A stretch of 64,000 nucleotides of DNA from the NCBI GenBank assembly GCA_000708835.1, contig DF237321.1, forward strand, positions 26,334 to 90,333, written 5' to 3'. This document shows, piece by piece, positions 37,001-46,434 of the stretch (position 1 is the first letter of the stretch; every line of letters begins with the position of its first letter). The stretch comes from Klebsormidium nitens. Taxonomy: Eukaryota > Plantae > Klebsormidiophyceae. The position numbers and the translations under genes are program-made. Below the pieces are notes generated by a model. The model was not told the DNA's origin. It did not search any database and was given only the letters and a program-made list of their open reading frames with translations.

Positions 37001-40000
37001 ATCGAGCACGAGCTGTCGCAAGCAAAGGTGGGCGGGGCAGGAATGGGAGAAGTGCTTAACTAGAGTGGTCGAAAACTTGTCTGCCTATGTGATCAAAACC
37101 GAAGTCGCGCTATCTTTCGAGCACGAGCTTTTATCTTTCGAGCACGAGCACGAGCAAGCAAAGGTGGGCGCGCTGAAAACGGTATTGAGGTTCGATATTT
37201 CTCGTGATAATTCGGATGAATCAGTTGTATGCGGCTGGTCAAAACAGGCGGCTCGAGCGAAAGCCTCCAGAAATGGAGGTGCGCCGTTGAGCACAGGCCC
37301 GTAATCCTGGGGCTTTTGAATATCCAAACCAGATGCTGAATGCCTGGAGCGCTCCTTCATCTCCTTCTCGACTGATTCAGGAAATCGACCACTCTGAAGC
37401 AGGTACTACAATCCATCTGTGCCAAGCCTTTCATTGGGAGCTTGCGACGTCGGCGAGCATTTTTTCGGGGCCATCAGCTCCTTCAATGCTCGCTTCAGAG
37501 CTGCCTACTGTTTTGAATCCTACATAGAAACAAATGCCGAATTGAGCCACCTCTTCGCAGGTGCAACTGTCAGAGCGGAGTGCGGAGGCTGAGAAAGCCC
37601 TCCAAAAAGTAAAGGAGCTATCGGCCAAGATCGAGGAGCAACGGGACCTCATCGTGCGGCTGGAAGAGGACATACAAAAGGTGGGCCGTCGTTGCGGTTT
37701 CCCTATACTTGGCAGATTGTGCGTGCTCTGCTGCTTTCTTAGCGCAGCTGACTTTTCGTTCTTAAAGAAAACGGTTGTAGGTTACATGGCTGGGGGTCCG
37801 ACTTGCTCTGGACTCTTCCCCTGTTTTGAGCATCAGCTTCGCTGCTCGCGGTTGAAACCACCGGAATGCAACACTCCTTTGTGACCCTTCTACAGACCTG
37901 GTGTCATAGACTTTCTCTGTCGGTGGCACCTTTGTACGGGTAAAGAGGCAACGAGCCTCTGAGATGCGGCTCTTTTAAGGTGGCAGTGTCTCGCTTGAAG
38001 ATTGCCCGGTCGATGTAATCCACAGGCCGGAGGCAGCAGTCTTACTCCTGCTTTCCATTCTCGCAGGGCTTCTCAGCGGAGCGGCGGTCGAGCAGGGAGG
38101 AGCCGTGGGGAGAGCCGGCGCAGGAGCGAGGCGTGACGGCTCTGCTTCAGGTGCGACCTGCCACGTTTCAAGCACGCACTTGAATCACCCGCCCTTGAGT
38201 ATATCAGACTTTGACATCGCTTGATCAACTCTCAACTTGTTGTTATCGGTGTGCACGGCCCTGAATGTAACGACGACGCTGGCGGGCCAGCGCGTTCAGT
38301 TCAAGCAGCGCATGAGCCAGCTGAACCTTTTCAGCTCAAACTTCCGGAATTACGTCATTCTTTTGCAAGGCTCCAATTCTTCCGCCCACGTCTCGTTCCC
38401 CGGGCAGGAAAAATTGAGGGCGAAACGACAGCATGCGGTCATCGGTCATTGAGGGCCCGTGGCACCGGTCTCCGTCCATATTGTGTCCCAATCCTCTCAA
38501 AATTCTCATTTACGGGCTCTCATAAGCCCCTCTATCTCTCTAGGCCGGCAAGAGCGAGGGCGAGAATCAGAGCATGCTGGCTGTTATTGCGGGCCAGCGC
38601 GAACGGTTCAAGCAGCGCATAATCCGCTGAAGCCTTGAACTCTGAATTATTTGAGAACGTCTTAGCGCTGCACGATCCTGAACGACCCCCCTTCCAATTA
38701 TGTCGTAACTCTACCCGGGTTGGCGAGCGCCTTTCTTTCCTTTTAAGTCCCAATCTAGTAAGTCCCAATCTAGTATTGTCTGATCTTAGATCCTCACTTG
38801 ATGCTCGATTGTTCCCCGATTCATTACTCTCTGCTCCCTGACTTCTCAGGCCGGAAAAAGCGAGGGCGAGGATCACAGCATGCTGGCGGTGATTGCTGGG
38901 CAGCGTGACCGCTCCAAGCAGCGCATGAACCAGCTGGCACAAATGAGCTGAAAGTTTTAAACCTGCAAATTTCTAGCACTTCACAACTGGCGACTCAGAT
39001 TCGCTTCTCTCGGCAGGCCGGCAAAAACGAGGGCGAGGATAACAGCATGCTGACTGCAATCGGGGGCTGCGTGACCGCTTCCAGCTGAGTATGAACCAGC
39101 CCCAAAATTTCGAGCTCTGAACTCCTAGGACTGCCTCATCTAACTATGATTTTCCTTCTTACCTGTCTCGTTCGTTCTCCCAGGCCGGCAAAAGCGAGGG
39201 CGAAGACCACAGCATGCTGGCTGTTATCGCGGGCCAGCGCGACCGGTTCAAGCAGCGCATGAACCAGCTGGACGAGGAGCTGCGGACGGCCAAAGACCGT
39301 ATCCGGACGCTGACGGTGGACCTGGAGCGGATCAAGGCGGACAACGTGGCGCTGTACGAGAAGATGCGCTTCGTGCAGGACTATCAGAAGGGGGACGTCA
39401 CCGCACGGGGCAATCGGAAGGTGAGCCGCTGGGAGTCGCTTTGGGGATCGCAGTGGTCGATCGTGGATCTAGATGCTTTTCTTGTACGAGGCTTGCGCTT
39501 CAAGCAGGAAAATCAGAAGGTGACGTGCGTAAGGTAAGCCGCTCTGATTTGTTCCAGGAATTGTTTTAGTTGAGGTCTGAGCTGAATGCATGTTTTGTAC
39601 GAGAAGATGCGCTTCGTGCACCAGTATAGAAGGGGGACGTTACCGCGTGGGGCAATCAAAAGGTGGGCCCTTAGGATAAACGTCATATTGTGTGGGTCGG
39701 CCTTGCAATTCTGTTGAAACGGATGCGCTATAGTAGCGGGAGCAACAGAAGGAAGTCGTTTCGCTGGCGAGCAGGATAAGTAGAAATATATCCTTGATTT
39801 GGATTTTGGTGGTCATCCGGCCGATCTTGGATGATCTCATTGGACGCATCTTCTGTACAAAGACGATGCCGTCTTGCAGAACTAATGGAAGGGTGATGTC
39901 ACCACCAAGACCGGGCGGAAAGTGGGCCGCTTGGGTAGTGCTTACACATATTTCGGCTGCACTTGGTTTGCTACGAGGAGAACTTGCTCTGGTCAAGAAA

Positions 40001-42365
40001 GAAGGGGGGACGTCAAGGCTCAGGACGGGCAAACTGGGGCACGACTGAACATTGGTTTCAGGGACATAACATTGTGGAGACCGGATCGCCCCGACCAAAG
40101 TCAGCGTTTAACAGTCTGCTCTTTATGTACCGGACCAGCTTTTAATCTCGTTATTAATCAAATGATTATCTGGGCTGCAAATGGTTTTCTTCGATGACGA
40201 AAAGGTCGAAAATTATTTTGGCGCGGTAAAGGCTGATAGTGGTCACTTTTAACGGAACTCTGCTACTTTGACGAATTGTCGGGACCCTCCGCCAAAATGT
40301 CTGATGGATTGAAATGAATTATTTGGCACCCGAACCGACGAAATCAAATGCTGGTACGGTCGTAGCCGTTTTAGACAAAGTTTGAGCTCCTTCGGTTTGT
40401 TCGTGCAGGGCGCGGTGGACTTGGAAGCCGGTGCTGACGTGGAGGGCCGCTACAAGAAGCTGTACGAGGAGAATATCGACCCCTTCAAGGAGTTCTCTCG
40501 AAAGGTGAGAAAGTGTAACGGGGAAAACATCATCACCAAGCTTTGTTGCCGCCTGTCGGGTTTGCCTGTGACGCACAGGCAGAACGGAAGGCCGACGCAG
40601 GGACCGAGGGACTATGCTTTTCATACCCCGGATTGGCATTCAAAGCGAATGCGTGACAACCTCTAACACCCATCCGGAAGGTGAGGAAGCGTCAGAAGGA
40701 AAACGGTTGTTCCAAACGCGTAATGCCTCCTGAATCTGCTTAGGTTGGTTGATGCCCGGCTTTGTAATCAAATAGGATCGACAGATCTCTGTTGTCAAGT
40801 AAGTTGAGCAGGCCCGGACAGCTTTGGGCTTGGGTCGGCCCCCGGTTGCAAAGCTTTCGGTAGAGAGCAGGACTTGCTAACCTGGCAAACTCTCTTAGTC
40901 ACAAGCGATCTCAGGAGCTTACTGCCATAACTGCAGTCAGAGAATGGAAACGGTGCTGAGAGAGCGCGAACCTTACCTGGCCCATGATTTCGATATCACT
41001 CGGGCATCTCAAATCAAAGGGACAGCGATTTGAAGGAAGAGCGGCGATTCGCAGTCTAATACCATCGAAACACTCAGACCCTTTTGCTCGGTTTTTATGC
41101 AGGAACGAGATCAGCGCTACAAAGAGCTAGGGCTGCGGGACAAGATTGCGCTCACAAGTGGTCGTTTCCTTATGGCCAACAAGTGAGTCACAAGTGATCA
41201 AAGCCATCTTGCGTCCCTTTGCTGTGCGAGGAGTTAAGCTCTGTAAAGGTCCTCTGACCGCCCGCCAGAGTCTGGCGGAAAAAACCTCGTTCCCTCCTTG
41301 TATCGCCAACGACCATTTTGTCAACGTGTTTCCCGCAGATGCACCATCAAGTCAAATGTTTCGAAGCTTCAGGTTTTAACAGATTGCTAGAACGTTCACA
41401 GATTGATCGAGTGTCAATGAAATGGACGGGTGAACAAGAGCGCTTGATAAGTCACCTGACGTCTTGCTCCAAATTGCCCGGACGTTCGTCTTCTTCTACC
41501 GGTTGTAAAGTCGAGGCTACTCTTGAGGTTTGTGAAGCTTTAGGATCTGGTATCAAGAGTTACAGGTATATCAAAGTGGGTGACGTCATCCTACACTTAG
41601 CTCCTGACTATAAAGTCGAGGCTAATCTTGAGGTTTGTGAGACCTTAGGATTTCGTATCAAGAGTCACAGGTATTTCAAAGTGGGTGACGTCATCCTGCA
41701 GATTTGCCCGGACGTTCGTCTTCTTCTACTCGGTTGCGCTGCACCTGCTGGTCTGGTTCACCATGTACCGGCTCAGTATGCAGAACGTGGAGCACATCAA
41801 GGACTGCAACAACGCAGCGCAGGTGAGACGGGCTGGCAGGGCTGGTTCAAGTGTGCAGCGTCCTCTTTTCCGTTTGTTTCCTTCAGATACGGTGGAGTAT
41901 ATTTGTTTCTGATTCATCAACTGGAGACAAAGAGTATCATAAGGTTGTTCCTCAAGCTGCAAAGACGGCAACAATGAGCGCAGGTGAGACGGGCTGGCAA
42001 GGCAACCTAGACGCTGTAGCGTCCTCTCTGTTGCCTTTCTCCGGTTTGTAAGGGCCTACCGTCTTGAATATTGGAGACGAGCGACAAACCTCCGTTATGC
42101 TTCGCTAGCAAAAAGGGAATTTCTTGTTACCGCACTGGCCCACTTGCTTATGCTTGGAGCTTCCGTTTCAGAATCGCGAGTTACGGTGATGTATTACTCT
42201 CCTTTTGATGGGCACGTATGTGTGGCGCAAGTTCTGAAAACTTGGTGATGTCACTTTTCCATTAGTCCTGGTCTTAGAACCTTCAAAGAATGCCCGGTTG
42301 AACATATTTTGCTTTCCGTGCAGATTGCGTTTGAGACGCGCGGTCAAGGGACCAACCTTTTGTAA
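31046..42365 (+). CDS. CASP: Golgin CASP (CCAAT-displacement protein alternatively spliced product homologue)
   Basis: Exons 31046-31160, 31606-31716, 32184-32362, 32673-32774, 33111-33247, 34114-34318, 35715-35933, 36693-36914, 37561-37680, 38067-38150, 39184-39420, 40409-40504, 41103-41182, 41702-41822, 42324-42365 join in frame. Motifs: WKEFDLE...LDEQGLRIAEHQEQS...RRKLAESTRDFKK, AYQEEVDNLTKRAKFGENAFL, QRDRFKQR, IKADNVALYEKMRFVQDY, and a C-terminal TM FVFFYSVALHLLVWFTMY with the conserved Tyr/His. Confidence 0.95.
33686..34113 (+). repeat. Three degenerate acceptor+exon-start copies upstream of CASP exon 34114
   Basis: CAG|GGAAGACCA..GAGCAGCTG.. at 33686 and 33874, and a GACCATCTCCGAGACCAGCTGCGC copy at ~33993; the true exon starts at 34114. 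Confidence 0.85.
34357..34693. mobile_element. MITE-like element with ~40-bp imperfect terminal inverted repeats in a CASP intron
   Basis: Left arm GAGGGCGGGTGTGGAGAATAGCGTACAGAATT (34357-) is near-perfectly complementary to right arm AATTTTGTGCGCTATTCTCCACACCCGCCCTC (-34693). About 337 bp, no transposase-like ORF, no clear TSD. Confidence 0.6.
35402..35780 (+). repeat. ~157-bp tandem units (intron end + acceptor + exon start) at CASP exon 35715
   Basis: Exon-start copies at 35402, 35558 and the true one at 35715. The intronic GAGACTCCAGACAGCGCGCGAATGCTGCCTTTTTGCGTGAGCAG is identical in the last two units. Confidence 0.9.
36240..37175 (+). repeat. Acceptor-side (36240, 36384, 36545) and donor-side (~37002-37069, ~37138-37170) partial copies flanking CASP exon 36693-36914
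   Basis: CAG|GTT(T/G)CTGAAGTT..AAGCCGAGCT recurs before the exon; GAGCACGAGC..GCAAGCAAAG|GTGGGCG recurs after it. Confidence 0.85.
38272..39270 (+). repeat. Four partial copies of the start of CASP exon 39184
   Basis: AG|GCCGG(C/A)AA..GAGGGCGA..AGCATGCTG.. at 38544, 38850 and 39017, a partial copy at ~38282, and the true exon at 39184. Confidence 0.92.
41455..42035 (+). repeat. Acceptor-side tandem units (~105-124 bp) and a donor-side copy around CASP TM exon 41702-41822
   Basis: TGACGTC.. units at 41457, 41581 and 41686; an exon-start copy ATTGCCCGGACGTTCGTCTTCTTCTAC at ~41473 with the acceptor mutated to CAA; a donor copy GCGCAGGTGAGACGGGCTGGCA at ~41978. Confidence 0.85.
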
Positions 42366-43231
42366 ATGTGCATGAAGTCAAGACTGCCATTGAATATGTG
42401 TCTGTAAATTGTCGGTCTTTCTGGTTTGCATTGACAAATTGCGGTCATCGTAACGATTATCCACCTGTATCATCCTGCAACCATTGTCGGCTTCATTGAT
42501 TGCATAAGAGGGTTCCAGCTTGCTTTGCCACTTGTCGGCCTGGTCCTTGTTACACTTGTGCAAGGCCACCTTAGTGAAAGGATGTTCTGATTGCTGTCTA
42601 AAGCGCTTTTTCAACAGATTCGTGGGATGAGGCAATAGAAAGTTCGTGGGATAATGCACATGCAATTGCTGCCGCTATCAGTCTTCCTGGGCGAGAAGTA
42701 GCACTGTGATAATCGGAAAAACATTTCATTTCTGCACACAATGCAGCATGCGTGGCTGATCGCAATTACTCAACCTCCTATGTCTGCTGCGCACGAGGAT
42801 CGACAGGGCCGCCACTGAGCGCACATACAGTGTATGAAAAAATGCATGGCCAAAGAGGAGTGTGAGTACGCGCTAATGCATGAGGCTTCGGCACATTTCT
42901 TACTCTGGAAAAAGGGGTTCACATGGGCACTGAGGCGCAGGCATGCAAGATGAGGATTATTGTCCGGCTGGTCGCACAAGTCCGTTTGGAGATGCAGCGC
43001 TTTGTCAAGCAAGCTGCCCAATGCCAGGATGCTGAGGACCATCGAGCAGATCTTGTGCCAATTCTCTGTAAAATACCTTCACCTTTTTCCAGCCAGAAAC
43101 TGCTCAAAGTACCCCTTCAAGAAGGGCATGCAAGAAGAGCTTCTGAAGAGCATGTTCCAACGAGTTGTGGCTACATCTATATTTGTATGCTGTTCTGCCC
43201 CATCCGATGATGTTCCCTTCCGCTCTTCCGC

Positions 43232-45776
43232 TTATACCAACTCGATCACCGCCATCGGCGCGTTGTCCCCCCGCCGCGACTGAGTCCTCATGATCCTCGT
43301 GAACCCGCACGTCCTCTCCTTATACCTTTCGGGCGCTTCCGCGAATAGCGCAGCGACGACCTGCTTATCGTAAATGAAAGCAAGCGCTTGTCTCCTCTGG
43401 TGCAGGCTGTTCCCGCGCGCCAGCGTAATAATCTTATCGACGTACTTAGGGAGAGCGCGGGCGCGGGCCCTCGTGGTCTTGATCTTTCCGTGCCGAAGGA
43501 GCTCGGTGGTCAGCCCCCGAAGAAGCGCTTTCCGCTGGTCGGCGGGGCGGCCCAACCGGTGGATCCGCTTTCCGTGCCGCATAGCGAAGACGCGCGCGCC
43601 GTTGCTGGGGTTGGTGAGTGTCCACCCGACTTGCCTCTCTGCAAGTTCGCGGTGGTTGCATTAGGAGAGTGTTTACCGGACCTTATCAAGAGCAAGGATG
43701 ACGCCTTGGTGTAACAAAGTGAGGTCGGGACATGAAGAATTCGCACAGAGCTTGCAATAACTTTGCGTCGAATCTGATGCAAAGATCCAACGAGGGGGAA
43801 GAAATCCAAGCATCAGGCTGTCGAATGTAACCCCGAGCTCAATCAAGAAAGCAAGCAAGGCTGGGAAGTCACATCCAAACCCCTCTCCCTCTATGAAAGT
43901 GTCTGGTAAGAGAATGGGGACGGGAAAGAGATGCAAGAAACAGGACATCATAGAAGTTAGGTAAACAGTCCACAAGTGACCCCAAGCAGCAAAGGGACTT
44001 CAGAACCGCACATAATTGACAGCCCCAACACCTTCCTGAAAAGAGGATTTGCTTGAAGCATAAACAGAATGGACGAGAATTAGCACCAGGATGGTTAAAA
44101 AGTCCCCTGCCAAGGTAGTTCTTCACTCTTAGCATCACAAGAATCCAGCTGCAAGATTTGATTTGGACAGCGCGAAAAACATCTGGAGGTCATTCTTTGT
44201 TCCGAAAAGGCATTTACTCGCCATATGCGTTTGCCAAAACATTCAGATGGCCACAGGGAGCTCAAACTGCATTAGCAAGCATTCGGCACCGGATACTGTT
44301 GGTACGAGTCCACTTCCAGACAGTCGAACTGCTTCTGCACAGCGCCAATGCCGTACATATTGACTTTGTTCACCCGAGGAAATCCTGATCAAAGCCCTCT
44401 GCGTCTTCGGTTCAACTCCTGTCAAGTCGGGAGGGTCTCAAAAACCACAATGTATTCTAGCCTGATTCAAAGCTGCAGCTTCGCAATACTGTCCACTCCG
44501 ACCAGCCAGGATACGAAAGATTGAAAACAGCTGGGGTCAGTCACGACATGGAGCATCACCACCGAAACCCAGATTCAAGGGCGTCAAATCACAGGAGAAC
44601 ACCACCAACAAATTAAAGTATCTTGGTTATCCGAAGGCCCTGCTAAGTACACTTGCACTGCACCGCCGTTGTTATGGGCATGGAAAAAGCTGCGGAGACT
44701 TTCCAAGCGGGGCAGGCAGTCAGAATGTCCAGCATCTGTTCTTCACTCCGCCTTTGCCTCAAAAAGCACGACGTGGTGCCACAGAATTGTGTTGCTGCAA
44801 TCAAAATCTCAAACACCATACAATGAACAGCGTGCCAATAAGGCAAGTGGCCCTAAAAGCTGTGCACCAGGACAAATTGCACGCGCAAGCGAGACCAAAA
44901 CGCTGGAAGTCACAATGAGAAAATCTGAAGAGAACGCTGCATTGGACAATCTTCTGTCTCCATTGTTGTTCCCACCATAAATAGACCCAAAAAACCATCC
45001 TTCAACCATCGAAATTCTTGGAAGACAATGCGCTACTGCGCCACTGACTAAACCATACCACATCAATCACAAGATACCAGGGTTCCTTAGGTAGAACAGA
45101 GATACACCATCACAGTTTCCCCTGCCATGGACACTGATGCCACAACGGCACCCGAGTTTCTCAATGACAACGACGGGCAAACACTGATGTGCAGAGGATG
45201 TTCACGGAAGGATAAGAAACCGTTACCAGGAGAACGATCGCTTGGGCTGCCATCAACATTGATACGAACTTGCAGAAAAAATCATCCCCAAAGAAGCAGA
45301 AACACATTCCGCTAACACATATCGGCTGTGCAACTTACTTTCAAACGGTACAGAAGAACATATGAAGGAACAATACAAAGACGAGAAGCCCGTAACATTG
45401 GCCGAACGACAAGACAAGTGAAAAAACCAACCCGCTGGATAGGCCATGAGAGGTGCGATGACAGGAGTAAAATGGCTCTTTTCAATGCACGGACACAGAG
45501 CAGAGAAGATGTGTCCCATTTCGGTTTAGGAACTGAAGTCTGACGAAGCATCGACCAAACCGACAAGCAAAGCGCATTACCACAACATTCAGAATGTAGG
45601 CACGTACCTGAGCTCAACCCAAGAGCATTCGCCCTCTGCAACCCCGAGAATGCTGGCAGAGCGCACATGCTCCTGCAAGCAACTGGTCTCCTAGGAGTGC
45701 ACACTCTTTGTGCGGGGCGTAGCCCGATTGAGGGGAGGGCTGCCTGGAGAGACGCCATGCAGAAAGACGAAGCCAT
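43232..45776 (-). CDS. rpl17: Plastid 50S ribosomal protein L17 precursor
   Basis: Exon 45776-45608 (Ser/Ala/Arg-rich transit peptide, donor GTACGT) joins in phase 1 to exon 43638-43232, which encodes ...[44 protein letters not shown]...[14 protein letters not shown]. Confidence 0.95.
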
Positions 45777-46434
45777 GGCTTCCAAACCCTAGAATGAACC
45801 TCTCCTGTCGCTCTCTATATGTTACGATGCAAAGTCACCAGTGATCTTTGATGCAGCTCTATCACATTACCTAACCGCAACCCGGAAAATCCACCCGTCA
45901 GAGTCGGCCACCAGAATGCCACCAGAAAGGGCAGCCGCAGAGCTTCTTCCCCTGCCTTCACCAACGCTCAAACATAGTGCTTTTCTCTCACGATGTCAAC
46001 AGCTCGTCGTTGCATTACTCCCTCCTTCCTGCTTTGTGTAACCGCGTGCTAACCTCGTTCTTGGATTGTCCGCGAAAGAAGCTGAAGTGTCAAAGCTCTG
46101 GTTTCGAAAACCGAATTCAGACTCCCTTCGACGACGTGTCGTGAGTTTTCGATCTAGAAGGCCCCAGAAGCATTGACACCATTCCGTGGGGTTTCGGACT
46201 GTTGACATAACCTTCAGTATAACCCTGGAGTTAGGTACCTAGTAGGTTTTGCTGAGGCACAAGGAAGCTCCCCCTTCCTGAGGCTGCAGATATCAGGGAC
46301 TGGATTTGAAGAGGAAAAGGGGCCAGGGAGGGCGCCAGCGTCAGCCGTCTGTTCAAACATATAAATCCAGGAGGTTGCTTCTTTCAAGGACAATTTTGAA
46401 AGGAGCAAGCGGGGTTGTCTGAAAGTTAGCAGCC

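Noticed and set aside
33686-41700. Repeat-spacer-like periodicity suggesting a CRISPR array
   Set aside because: Units are degenerate exon/intron copies of 105-205 bp in a eukaryotic gene; there are no identical short repeats with unique spacers and no cas genes.
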